Shown: positions 39,361 to 52,870 of the stretch, in pieces
Numbering within the stretch: the first letter of the stretch is position 1
Layout of the letters: each line of letters starts with the position of its first letter
Origin: Eledone cirrhosa
Taxonomy: Eukaryota
NCBI GenBank assembly: GCA_964016885.1
Contig: OZ024741.1
Span: forward strand, 310,434,001 to 310,498,000
Length of the DNA stretch: 64,000 nt
Direction: 5' to 3'
Notes under the pieces: model-generated
What the model was told of the DNA's origin: nothing
Seen by the model: the letters and a program-made list of their open reading frames with translations, nothing else
Database searches by the model: none
Program-made: the position numbers and the translations under genes

Positions 39361-39410
39361 AGAAGAGTGAAGAGAGACAGAGAGTAAAGCAGTTAAATTA
39401 TAGAGAGGGT

Positions 39411-39442
<32 letters not shown>

Positions 39443-40685
39443 CGACGCTCAGCTTTAAAATATTAGACAGTGAAGAGCAACAGACAGAATAAAGCAGTTA
39501 AATTATAGAGAAGAGGAATGATCTATTATAGAAAGAGGAAAGAGCGACGGAGAGTGTAAAGCTAAGATACTATTGGGAGGTGTGTAGGATACATCCATAC
39601 ATAATACACACTACACTCAGCTTTAGAATATTACTAGCTGGCCCGTCCGACTGCAGCTGGGCTATGTATACCTGCCCCCACCACTCCACTGCAAAGCTAC
39701 CATACACCCTCCCGTGTCACATTGTCCTTCCCTTTATTTCTTTCGATTGATTTTCCTTCACTACATCCGAAGGATTATATTGTAAAGGTTATTTTCATGG
39801 GGGAATCACCATTTGTTGTTGACGATTGTGTCTGTCAACGCTTAACTAATTTCGCACTCCCGTCTGTGTAATCTTTGGGCTCCGGAAGCGATTTGTTCAT
39901 TTTCCAGTCATCTGTGTAGTGGAGGACTTCCAATTTTTGGATGTTATCACTATCAACTACTCTACAGCCAATCTAGATACTATATGAATGACTCGGTGTC
40001 ATTTGAACAGGTCTACACCGGTACATCGATGAAATCTACTCGGTACTTGTCAGCTAGTTGGTAGCGACTGAGAAGGTTTTTGAGGCTTTTCTGGCCTCCT
40101 CCCCTGTCTGCTAGTCTACACAGGCACAGCATTCATTCAAAACACATTCCAGTAGCTCATTAGCAATAAAAGAGGACCTTTCTTAGAAAGTTCTCCAGAC
40201 GGTCCCCAAAATCTAGCCCACTCCGTTTCATAGCTCTGACGGCCTCTAGCCCGAATGCATGTCCTTCGCTGTTGATCACGTCCAGCTGCATCGACATAAC
40301 GTCTGGGTCCAGGAAGGGGTTCATATCGTGAAATCCGAGCGATTTCAAAACAACATGGATATTCCCCTACCCTATTCTGGACATCTTGTGGAGATGTGTA
40401 CGCCTCATAACGACTAGAAATCCGTACTAAATCTTGTGGCCCGTACATTCTGATTAAGTCCATGTAAACTACGTCTATATTTAGCGAACTGAGGCCGTTG
40501 AACAGGTTACACTGTTTCGAAAGTGACCTCAGCATATATATTTCACATCACCTAATCTGAGTAAGGCTATGATTTAAGAAAAAAAAAGAAAAGTGATAAA
40601 GAACATACACCTCTTTTTGCGTGCAAGGGTACCTTGTTCTTCCTTCGGGTAATGTCTTGCAAATCACCAAGTGTACGAAAGGGAG

Positions 40686-40858
40686 TGGATTGGCAGTATC
40701 GGTAGAGGGTCGGCCGCCATGTTTTGTAGCATATTTACTGTCTGTGTTCAAATCCCGCCGAGTTTAACTTTGCCTTTCCTCCTTACGGGGTCGATAAAAT
40801 TAAGTACCAGTAATGTACTGAGATAATTGCTGGCCTTGTGCCAAAAGTAGAAACAATT
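40686..40858 (+). mobile_element. tRNA-derived SINE
   Basis: Positional counterpart of the SINE at 10032. Confidence 0.85.
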
Positions 40859-41599
40859 AGTTATATAATCTGTGTTAGTATAGCGACATTGGCGTTGTGG
40901 AATTGACTTGTTCGATGTTTGTATGTAGTTGTATGTTCTTCATTAAGTCCGCTTTCTTTGAGCTTATGGTCATGAGATGTGTAACCTTAGTTTTTGTTAG
41001 GTTTGGTTTTGCTTTTCGTTATTGTATTTTGTAAATTTAGCTGAGTTTACGGTATTGGTAAATTTTTTGGTGTCTGTGGCCGTGGTGAGGCTGGATTACT
41101 TTTTGTGAATTCTTTACACCTATGGCCTTTTCTCTTGTCGACGTTGTGTGTAATTGAGTATTCATCATCATATTTTAATCTTTCGTCTTCTTAGTTTGAT
41201 TATAGTTGTACATCTCTAAGGTGTCTCAGACTAGTCGCACGCCATGTAATTTAGGAGAAGAAGGTGACTATTATCCTTTAAGTGCGTCCATGCAGCTCAA
41301 ATGAGGCAGTTGGCTTTTCTGATCTCCATTGCTATGGTACATTGATGCTACCAAAGATATGCATTTGGTCGTCAACTCTTTTTTGGCGTGTCTGAATGTG
41401 GATTTTCATGCTCATCTTAGTCCTGTCCTCCTTTTCAGTTTGATACACTTTGATGATTCCCATGTCCTCCAATGTGTCTACCTTGACGACTGCTATTAGT
41501 TATGGTATGGCTATTTGTCCGACATACAGTTGAAAAACATCCACCACACTATACAGCCGATAGACTAAAAGCCACGAATAAGAAACAATAAAAGCGCTC

Positions 41600-42772
41600 C
41601 GTGCTACACCCACGCATCTCTCCTCGCTGATACTTGTATCCGAGCAACAGCCCAGAAGATATGCAATGTCAGATTTGACAACATTGGATGGCAACAGGCC
41701 ACTTTACCTGTCAGGTATGGCGGCCTTGGCCACCGGTCCCCAATCTTATTGGCTTTGCCGGCGTTTCTTTCGTCGGTAACCTCATGCCGCGTCCTCGTTA
41801 TCAGGGTTCTCCAAAACACAATTGAACCCTCTGTGTTCAGGGAACGTGAGGCCGCCGGTGAGACGTGGGACCGGCTGGGACTTAGCCCAATAGACGTTCT
41901 ACTTCCGTCTCCCCCTGCTAACATCAAGTCCCCCCAAAGCATTTGCGATGCCATCCAGTGCAGCCCGGCTTCAGAGAGGCTCACGCACCAGCTCGACGAA
42001 CACCGCCTTGCCTGTTTTCGTGCGGCCTCCAAACCCCACAGTGGTGCCTGGCTCCAGGTCCTGCACCCCTACTCCACTGGCACGCAGCTAGATAACAATA
42101 GCCTGCGCATAGACGTTTCCTTGAGGCTCGGCCTCCGGATCTGCGAGCCACACCAATGTCGCTGTTGATCCACCAGACTCTTTCGGCCTCCACCCGCTCT
42201 CCTCTCGCGACAGTACCGGCCGCCTTGAACGTCATGCTGCCCTCAACGAGGTCATAAAGCATGGCTTGGACGCTGTCGGCTTCCCTTACCAGCTCGAGCC
42301 GTTGGGGATGGACCGAGGGGACAGCAAAAGGCCAGATGACATGACCATCTTCCCGTTCCGTGGTGGCAAACCCCTCGTCTGGGATGCCACTTACACAGAC
42401 ACTTTCTCCAGTCGCAACCTGGTGCAGTCTGCGACTAAGCCAGGTTCTGCTGCACGTCGGGCTGAGGAGGCCAAACTGTTCAAATACCGGTCGCTCTCCG
42501 ACAGGTTTGCGGTTTTACCCTTGACAGCGGAGACTTCTGGTATCCTCGGCCCTAGGGCTTCTTCCCTACTCACCACCATAGGCGCTGAGCTGACCAACTG
42601 CAGGTGTGAGCCCCGCGAGTTGGAATGGCTTTTCCAGCGCGTTTCCCTTGCCGTCCTCCGGCGAAACGCCTTCTCTATTCTGTCCACCGGGGCTGTGGGG
42701 AGGCCACAAATATGATTGACTGACTTGTCATTTCATCAGTCAGATTTTTTTAGACCCCAGTTCTGAATAGGA
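41600..42772 (+). mobile_element. CRE-clade non-LTR retrotransposon, 5'-truncated (RLE domain)
   Basis: [80 protein letters not shown]. Confidence 0.88.
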
Positions 42773-44332
42773 ACCAAGTTGACCAAGGATCCACAAAGTC
42801 TACAGGTCACCTCCACCCAAGTCACTGTTGACAGTTTTTAGATGATTTCATATTAGAAGAATTACGAGCTCGACTAACAATAGAAATGATCCATCATCTA
42901 TATCACATGTAAGTAGCAAACAATTCTGCAAATAAATAGAAAAGTTGTAGTTATATACAAAGAGACTATCCTAGTAAAAAGAAGGATATTTTAACAGGAC
43001 ACCCACTCATCACTTCTCTTCTATCTAGCACTGAAACTATTAACTGAGATACTGGACAAAACTAGACTTGAATATAAATGGTAAGGTAAGAAAAATATAA
43101 ATCATTGTAAATGGAAAATCTAAAGCTGCATGCTGCAAACAGAAGTAATTTGAAATGCTGGTGGAAAGACTACATAGATTCACAAAGGAATTAAGCAGAA
43201 CTTGAGAAAGCGAACATAATCTTTGATGTCCTAATAAGCACAGACGTTAAGATCAAAGACAACTGAACCGATAATATAGGAAAAAACACAAAGAAAGAGT
43301 ATTGCCTACTAACTGACGGATATATATATAAGTAGAAAACAAATTACTGGGATAGCCTTGGTAAATTGAATGTTCCCGAAATACGACGACTTGTTCGTCA
43401 GCTACATCGAAGCTCAAATTTTCTCTCAGTATACTGCACCTACCCCTGAGCTATACGGCCGTTATATTGAGTAATCTATCGGCGCCACTTCTTTCTACCA
43501 TGGACAGCTTGACTCCTCTCTTTCCTTTGTTCAGTCTTTCCAACCCACCCTTACCTCCATTATCTTCTTAACTAGGTTTAACTAGGTATTCATAGCAAGG
43601 ACAGGGAGTAAAACAATTGCTCATGTTCTTCGTCGCAAAGATCAGTTGAAGGATGTATAAAGGATTACAAGAGAGTGTGCTAGAGAAAATCGTGAAATGG
43701 TCGAAATGGCAGTGGAACACTTACCCTGTCTTATGCCGAAAAGTAGGAGACATAGAGTACTTATTATGAGAGAAATAGAGTACTTACTATGAGAGACAGA
43801 GTACTTACTATGAACGAAGAGAATAAATGGGACAGTAAGGGCTTACCACATGTAGATCTGACTAAGGGATCAGCTAAGAAGTTGCCAGCAGTGAGATAGA
43901 TAAACCAATTAAGGACATGAAGGTAGAGAAGGCCACTGGACCATCTGGTATATTTGTTGAGAGGCTAAAAGCACCCGGCATTGTAGGATATGTGCTAGAC
44001 GGACATATAGTTAATCAAGTAGTACAAGAAAGGTGTCGTACCCAATGACTGCAGCAGCAAAGTTATTGTCAACTTCTACAAGGACTATGAAGATGCACTA
44101 GAGAAAATAAGTACGGAAGTATCAAGTTGATTGACCATGTCATGAAATTTGATGAAAATGTTATAGCATGATTAATTCGGGAGATAATCAAAGTAGATAT
44201 GATGAAGTTTCGATTTATGCTAGGCAGGACTACCACTGGATAAATGGTGCTAAATGGAAACCATTCAACGTGGGTGTCGGATTCTGCCAAGGATGCGTCT
44301 TTCACATATCGTGTTCATTATTTACATAAGGC

Positions 44333-44520
44333 GGTGGATTGGCAGTATCGTTAGAGGGTCGGACGCCATGCTTTGAATCATAGAGTTACCTCCCTCTATG
44401 ATCTGAGTTCAAATCCCGCCGAGGTTAACTTTGCCTTTAATCTTTTCGGGGTCGATAAAATAAAGTACCAGTAATGCACTGGGTAATTGCTGGCCTTGTG
44501 CCAAAAGTAGAAACAATTAT
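44333..44520 (+). mobile_element. tRNA-derived SINE inserted in an RTE relic
   Basis: Same family as 10032. Confidence 0.85.
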
Positions 44521-47500
44521 TTACATGTACATGATTGACATGCGCATTCGGGCTGGAAGATGTATCACTACTGGCAAGTGTAAAATCAGTCGGCTAGAAT
44601 TTTCAGACGATTCGGGAGAAGGTAATTACCGAATTGCACTCTGTAGGTTTGATGTCGAGTGCTGCAGGGCTGGAATGTAAATCAAGGAAATCCTGCTCCG
44701 TGCAATCTATATATGAATGGAGTTCCACTGAAACAGGTGGAGAAATTCAAGTATCTCGGGGCCATGTTCACAAATGATGGAACGCATGAGGCTGAATTAA
44801 GTGCAAGAATTGCATGAGCTGGTGCTGTAATGCGCCCGCTTCAGCTGTTATTATTCAGAAGAAGAGATGTAGGTGAAAAATCTAAACTAGTTACCTTCAG
44901 TACGGTATTCGTGTGAACACTCATTATGGTCATGAATCTTGGGTAATGACGAAAAGAATACGATCGTGAATGTAAGCGTCAGCAATGGGGTTCCTCCAAG
45001 GGGTATTTTGAGTAACGTTACTCAGTAGGGTGCTTAGCTTGGAGATCAGGTCTCCCTCCAGGGAGAGTCACTACTTCTCAGAATTGAGAGATTACAGATA
45101 CGATACTATATGCAACTGTTTAGAACGTCTCGGGAAAAAATCGCTAGAAAGATTTTAGTGGTAAACGCAACCGGAAGGAAGCCCAGAGAAAGAGACCGCG
45201 CAAGATGGTTGGATAACATCCATGACCTCATCTGGTCTAGATTGGGGATCCAGCCGGATCATTTGGAGACAGTTGCTTCTGACAAACCCACTGGAATGGA
45301 TGGTTGAAGTCTCTTCCCCCACCCACTACCATTTTAGGAATATGAGGGCGAAGAAGAAGAAGAAGAAGAAGAAGAAGAAGAAGAAGAAGAAGAAGAAGAA
45401 GAAGAAGAAGAAGAAGAAGAAGAAGGAGGAGAGTGCCATTGATTCCCCCTTTATAGTGCGACAACTGCTTGAGAGGTACTTAGCAAAGAGTAACTCATTG
45501 TATCTGGATTTTGTAGATAAAGAGAATACCTTTGAGAAGGTCCCATTCTCTGTAATATGGTGGACACTTAGGAAGCTAGATGTAGATGAATGTCTTGTGA
45601 GAGCTGTGTTGGTCCTGTATAAAAAATCTGGAAGCCAGTAGAGTGAAGAAGTGCAGCTCGATATCCACCAGGGCTCCGTCCTTTGTCCACTCCTATTTAT
45701 TACTGTTCTTCACTGAGTATTTCAAAACTGGTTCTCCGTGGGCGTTCCTATATGCTGATGACCTAGTACTTAAAATGAATCCGTAGGAAATTAAGCGACA
45801 AAACTTCAAACATGGAAGAACCTAGAGTTGAAATGCTTAAAACTAATTGCATCAAAGGCAAAAGGGCTAAGTACGAAAGATGACAAGAAGACAATCAGGG
45901 AAATGGCTGTGTTCGATATGCCAGAAAAGGGAGGGGGCAGGAGTTCTATAAGAGGCACAGAGTGCAATCGATGGACTCACAAGGGATGTGGCTGATGCAC
46001 AGAAGGAGAGACCCTAAGAACTTACGCGAAGGAGATTCCTTTAGCTTCCAGGGAAACTCCTTACAATTTTTCAACAGCTTTTGCCACTTAGGCGTTCGAA
46101 ATCACAAGTGTGGAGCATACACTTAAAGTGTGACAACCAGGATCCGAACAGGTTGGAAGAAGTTTAGAGAGCTGATACCTCTGCTAACAACAAATATTTT
46201 CTCGCTCGGAGTGAAGAGTAGACAGTAGGATGAAGAGGGCAATGCTAAATGGCTGGGAAACATGGGCCTTAACTACAGAAGACCTCCGAAGGCTGGAGAG
46301 AAATGACGACAATATGCTGAATGTGTAATGCTAATGTGCATGGACGACGCAGAATGGACTGAGAAGAAAATAATATATAAGAGGATTTGAAAGTAATGTG
46401 AAAAGGAGAGAAGATTACTCTGGTATGGATATGTGATGCATATGGAAGATAGCAGCTGAACAAAGAAATGCAGAGCAATCGCAGTGGCTGGAACACGAGG
46501 AAAAGGCAGACCAAAAAACCTGTGATGACAAAGGATCAAATGGGCTGGCGCTATCCTGTGTTAATGAAGACCCGACCAGGATCATAAAATATGACCTGAC
46601 CCATCCATGAACTACCTCCTCTCTCCTACTATACTCCCCCTATCTGTCCACCCCAATGCGGCACCACTACTCATACACCCTCGAGAACCATTCACACACT
46701 AAACACCTTAGATATCCTCACCATTAGCCAATAGTAGTTGCTTTCTTTCCCCATTGTTCACTCCACTCCTACTAGCAAACCTTATCCCTCACTATCCCTT
46801 ACCCATCTCTCTAACACCACCCCAATCTCTATCGACCACATTCTTCGCTACATCTCCCTCCCCGTACACTAATCAGCTATTCCGAACTCTTACTCATCCC
46901 TAATCCCGCTTCCTATCTCTCCATCACGCTCCATATCACCACCATGTTGACCACATCCCTCACACTACTACACCTCATACACTAACCAGCAACGCATACC
47001 CTTTACTCATTGCCCTGCCAAAGAAATCCCCAAACATACCTATAAACTCATTATTATCTCCCTCCCTTATTGACCCTTGTCCAGATTTGAGAGGGTTCTG
47101 CAGTTGGATTTATGGTCAACATCCCCAGAGTGGTTGGTGAGAGGAGATACATCCGCTGTAGATTCCATACATAAAAGAATTGAGATAACCCTTTAGTTCT
47201 TTTAAAAACACAACTTCCTTAGTTCTGGTGATTTACACAATAAAAGCAATCAGTACACGCTGCAAAGCAGTTGGTGTTAGGAAAGGGATACGGTCGTAGT
47301 AAGTTTACTAAACAAAGGGTGAGTAGGACCCTTCAGTTTGTGTCAAAAAACAACTTCTCGATATGAACTTGGCCTGTCTGCTAGGTCAATAGCCACGCTT
47401 CAGTAGTAATTTGTTCGATGTAATCCGGCCCAACACATGCATGCAGATGAAAGCGGAGTGAAATGATGATAATGATGACATATAGCTATGTATACACACA

Positions 47501-47600
47501 CACTCACACAGAACCCCACCCCCCAACACCCATACATACATACATAAATACATACATACATACATACATACATACATACATACATACATACATACATACA

Positions 47601-47685
47601 TAGTCTACAAATGGCTACAAATGGCTGCGATAGTCTACAAATGGCTACAAATGGCTGCGATAGTCTACAAATGGCTGCAATAGCT
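47601..47685 (+). repeat. Short minisatellite built of CTACAAATGG units (30-bp higher-order period)
   Basis: TAGTCTACAAATGGCTACAAATGGCTGCGA twice, plus a partial copy. Confidence 0.85.
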
Positions 47686-48268
47686 GGCACCTTCAAAATT
47701 TGCAAAACATTTTTGCGATTCAAGGGATGACAATTTCTTTTCTTTTACAACCTTGCCACCAGGAAGGTGGCCGGTCATAAAAATATACTCAAAATTAAGA
47801 GAAAGAGATAACATACATACATACATACATACTGACTACTACGGGTATTAACTCCACGCCAACTATCATTGTGGACCTCTACTGTTAGGTTGCAGGATCA
47901 GGTGCCAACATGACAGTATTAATGAAAAGGAGACAAATATTTGTGGACAGACAAGTAATTAAAGTATTCAATAAGTGAATAAGATAACAAATGAGTTATT
48001 ATATTACCAGCTGTTAAACTTGACTGCCATCTTAATAATATAATAAATCCAACAATAGAAAGGGGTTACATTGCAAGCCGAGTTAAATTATAAATCGAAA
48101 GTGAGGAAAACTCAGCTGTTTTACATTAGCTGAAAATGTTGTCGGAGTGGCGTTTGTCACGACGATGCTAAGGAAATTATCGTTAGCGTTCAGTGTCACG
48201 AGACGGCGTGTGCACCCTTTGTGCAAAACTTCAGTAGATTACTCATGTTCTATTTCATTATATAATTT

Positions 48269-48460
48269 GCGGTGGATTGGCAGTATCGGTGGAGGGTCGG
48301 ACGCCATGCTTTCCAGCATAGTTACGTCCCTTTACGATCTGAGTTCAAATCCCGCTGAGGTTGACTTTGCCTTTCATCCTTACGGGGTCGATAAAATAAA
48401 GTACCAGTAATGCACTGGGTAATTGCTGGCCTTGTGCCTAAAGTAGAAACAATTATATAA
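48269..48460 (+). mobile_element. tRNA-derived SINE
   Basis: Full-length copy, absent from copy A at ~17014 and flanked by TTATATAATTTG direct repeats. A truncated copy follows at 48721-48858. Confidence 0.88.
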
Positions 48461-49189
48461 TTTGTTTACGAGGCGATAACTGTTTTAGATTTAGTGTTAT
48501 ACATATATTCATTTATTTATTGATACAGAAAAGGAAGTGAAATAACCCTGTCATTTTCAGTTCTGTCGTAGTAGACGAAACCGAAAGGAAGAGATGTATT
48601 TTTCAGACATGCCCCGATTAGATCCAAACGACTTAAGTCTGGTAAAGGCGTACAAATATTAGATTCTGATTTTAAACTATACGTAATGACAATCTTTTTG
48701 TTTCAGGGAACGGTTATTATTTACGACCCTTTACGATCTGAGTTCAAATACGGCCGAGGTTAACTTTACCTTTCATCCTTACGGGGTCGATAAAATAAAG
48801 TACCAGTAATGTATTGATTAATTGCTGGCCTTGTGCCTAAAATAGAAAAAATTATTATTGGACGTACAAGTGTGAAGACGTTACAAGTTTGCGGGACAAA
48901 AGGTTCGTAATTTGAAGCTGTTTTAAAGTATTATTTTGCGTATTTTCTTGTCGATCACGGAGCATAAGGTACCCACCTAAGGTACCCACCTAGGTTCCAA
49001 AAAATTACCCCGCCAAAATTATGGACAATTCCGACCTTCAAACGGTAAACAACTTACAGGTCAAAGGTCAAAACCAGCCACTACAGCTCCCACTACTCCG
49101 AAAACTCGGCATCCATTGGCAATCACCTATGATGACAGCTTCCAAACAAAACACTATTTTCTTCATTAAATCCTTGAAATATATCATAT

Positions 49190-52150
49190 TTAACTGGGTG
49201 ATGTCTAAAAAACATCTAACTGATGAAATGACAAGTCAGTCAATCATATTTGTGGCCTCCCCACAGCCCCGGCGGACAAATAGAGAAGGCGTTTCTCGGA
49301 CAACGGCAAGGAAAACGCGCTGGAAAAGCCATTCCAGCTCGCGAGGGTCACAACTGCGGCTGCCCAGCTCAGCGCCTATGGTGGTGAGAAGGGAGGTAGC
49401 CCTATGGCCGAGGACACCAGAAATATCCACTGTCAAAAGTACAACCGCAAACCTGTCGGTATTTGAAGGGTTTGGCCTCCTCAGCCCGACGTGCAGCAGA
49501 ACCAGCGTTAGTCGCAGATTACACCAGGTTGCGAGTGGAGAAAGTGTCGGTGTAAGTGGAATCCCAGACGAGGGGTTTGCCACCACGGAACGGGAAGATG
49601 GTTATGCCAACTGGCCTTTTGCCGTCCCTTGGTCCAGCCCCACCGGCTCGAGCTTGGGAGGGAAGCCTGCAGCGTCCAAACCATGCCTTAGACCTCGTTG
49701 AGGGCAGCATGGCGTGGAATGCGGACGGCATTGCGGCGACAGGAAAACGAGTGGAGATCGAAAGAATCCACTGGGGATCCAAGCGACATTGGTGTGGCTC
49801 ACATCGAGGACAAGCCTCAAGGAAACGCCGATGCGCAGGCTATTGTTATCTAGCTGCGTGCCAGTGGAGAAGGAGGGCAAGGCATAGAGCCAGGCACCAC
49901 ATGTGGGGTTTGGAGGCCGCACGGAAGCAGGAAAGGCGGTGCTGGTCGAGCTGGCGCGTGAGCCTGTCTGAAGCCAGGCTGCACTGGATGGCATCCAAAA
50001 TGCTTTGGGCGGACTTGACGTCAGAAGGGGGAAGAAGAAGGAGGGACGTTTACTGCGCTAAGTCCCAGCCGGTCCCACGTCTCACAGGCGGCCTCACGTT
50101 CACTGATCACAGAAGGTTCCAGTGTGTTTTGGAGAACCCTGCTGACGAGGACGTGGCATGAGGTTACCGACGAAAGAAACGCCGGCAAAGCCAGTAAGAT
50201 CGGGGACCGGAGGCCAAGGCCGCCATACCTGACAGGTAAAGTGGCCTGTTGCCATCCAATGTCATCAAACCTGACGATGCATATATCCTCGGCTGCTGCT
50301 CGAATACAAGTATCGAGATAAGCGAGGAGAGATGCGTGGGTGTATCTCGTGAGGGTCTGGAGTTGTTGGGGTCTGGACCTGATGTTGGTGCGGATGGCTG
50401 GCAGTGGATCGTTGACGCGAGGATGAGGACATCCGCTTTTGTGATCACCTGTACCTGGCGGAGAATGGACCGCACGTACGAGACGGAGGCTGCAATGCTA
50501 CCAGCATCGTGGCTGACATTCACCACCTCCAACTTGGACGAGTTGACCTGGAGGTCGATTCGCGCCAGGGCAGGAACCACCAATTGTAGGTCATGGCAGA
50601 CAGTCTGTATGGGCCAACCCAACGTAGCATCATCCAGGTACCAAACGTTGAGAAGGGCCGTGATACTCCGGGCGATGTGGTCTATACCAAGGGAAAACAG
50701 GAGGGGGCCCAAAGAACGCCCTGTTGGACCCTAGTGGCCGAGGGTATGACCGTATCAGTAGCAAGGAGCGTGCTCAGGGCTCCATATGACGCGTAGGCCA
50801 GCGGATAGGCAGAGAGGGCTCGACTGAGACAGGCATCGAGCAGATGGTTCCGGCGTATGCAATTAAAGGCATTCCTCATGTCAAGCTTGTCTATGAGGTG
50901 CCTGGAGTCCCTGGATGCCGGTTCCGGTGGGCAGCTGTTGATGAACTGCCTGGTTGCATGTGCGGCCCCCTCACAGCCACCGGACACGCCGACACCCAGT
51001 TGCACCGGATTGAACTCCTCACCCAATTCAGGTATTATGGACCTTGAGACCACCTTGGCAGACATCCTCCGGGAGACATTGCCCAGAGCGATGGGCGTAT
51101 GCCACCCTCTTTCTTCCTGAGAGTCGTCAGGCTAGCTGAAAAAAAGAGGCATCGGGCGTGAGGGTCCATGGATAAGCCTATTGGTGAGTGCCACAATTGC
51201 ACTCAGAATTCGGCGCCCGGCCTCAGCGGAGAGGGGAGAATGAAACTCCTTAGGGTGGCCTGGTCGGAGACCATAAGCACCTCCGCTGCTGCTAGCTGGG
51301 AAGGACTTGATGGCGGACATGATGTCTGCGTCGGAAGCCACAAGGAGCAAGTGAGGATCCGGTGGGGGTATGGATCTGAGGTCCGTGGGTGGCTCCGGGT
51401 GCTTGAGTCATAGGGCAGCCAGGACCTCCTCGGTGGGTTGGAGGACAGTGTCTTCTGAGGCAACCACTCTCGGTCAGCGCCAGAGCTGGGGAGGCCGCGG
51501 GTGAGTGGGGCGAAATATAAAAGTCGCTCTCAGTCGCTGGCTCGATTGAAGTCCAGGGCGCTCTCAATCGAGGAAGCGAGGGTATCGGCTACCGGCACCC
51601 GGGCCGCTCTCGGGATCCTGAGTGGGATCTTTTGGAGCCACGAGGATTGGGCGTTAGACAAGCTCGCTGACTCATCTGGTCGTGTGCCAGACGGCCGTGG
51701 CTGGGCAGACGAGGGGAAGAGACAGTTTCTGCATCTCAACGCTCCGAGAGCACTGGAAGCTCGACATCAAGCCAACAGAGGTGAGGTGGTGGAAGCAGCC
51801 GCACCCCGAACAGTTCCGGCCCCTCTTCCGTCTGTTCGCGGTGCTGCAAGTGCTGCAGGTGTCAACTGGTGGGGATTGCTGATTAGATTGTTGGTGTACA
51901 CACATATGTGTTGTTGTTAATGTCACTGTTGCTGTCGTTGCCGTCCTCTTGTTAATGGTGGTGGTAGTTGAAACTGCTACTTATTCGGGCTGCCAGGCTG
52001 GTTGCTGGGGCTCGAATGCCTTCTTTCACCGAAGATATGGGGTCGTAGTTATTGTCACTGTTGCTGTCGTTGCCTTCCTCTTGTTAATGGTAGTTATAAT
52101 TGTTGGTGCTTCCTATATCGGCTGTCAAGCTGGCTGCTGTATCAGCTTCT
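49190..52150 (-). mobile_element. CRE-clade non-LTR retrotransposon, long decayed copy
   Basis: RIPRAARVPVAD, SSGGAYGLRPGH, QLGVGVSGGCEGAAH, KLDMRNAFN, GPLLFSLGID, WYLDDATL, plus an RLE region matching 41600-42772. Confidence 0.9.
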
Positions 52151-52161
52151 CTGAGTGACGC

Positions 52162-52870
52162 TCCAGTGGTGCCTGGCTCCATGCCCTGGCCTCCTTCTCC
52201 ACTGGCACTCAGTTAGATAACAATAGCCTGCGCATAGACGTTTCCTTGAGGCTCGGCCTCCGGATCTGCGAGTCACACCAATGTCGCTGTTGATCCACCA
52301 GACACTTTCGGCCTCCACCCGCTCTCCTGTCGCGACAGTGCCGGCCGCCTTGAACGTCATGCTGCCCTCAACGAGGTCATAAAGCATGGCTTGGGCGCTG
52401 TAGGCTTCCCTTCCCAGCTCGATCCGGTGAGGCTGGATCGCGGGGACGGCAAAAGGCCAGATGGCATAACCATCTTCTCATTCCGCGGTGGCAAACCCCT
52501 CGTCTGGAATGCCACTTACAACGACACCTTTCTGCAGCCGCAATCTGGTGCAGTCTGCGACTAACCCTGGTTCTGTTGCACGTCGAGCTGAGGAGGCCAA
52601 ACTGTTCAAATACCGGTCGCTCTCCGACAGGTTTGCGGTTGTACCCTTGGCAGTGGAGACTTCTGCTGTCCTTGGCTCTAGAGCTACCTCCCTACTCACC
52701 ACCATAGGCGCTGAGCTGGTCAGCCGCAGGTGTGAGCCCCGCGAGTTGGAATGGCTTTTCCAGCGGGTTTCCCTTGCCGTCCTCCGGGGAAACGCCTTCT
52801 CTATTCTGTCCACTGGGGCTGTAGGGAGGCCACCAATATGATTGACGGACTTGTCATTTTATCAGTCAGC
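52162..52870 (+). mobile_element. CRE-clade 3' fragment, inverted relative to the adjacent copy
   Basis: Nearly colinear with 42040-42745 (RLE domain and 3' UTR). Confidence 0.88.

Noticed and set aside
49021-49701. 226-aa + strand ORF and other long antisense ORFs over CRE, Tx1 and R4 elements
   Set aside because: Shadow frames of TE coding sequence with no independent motifs.
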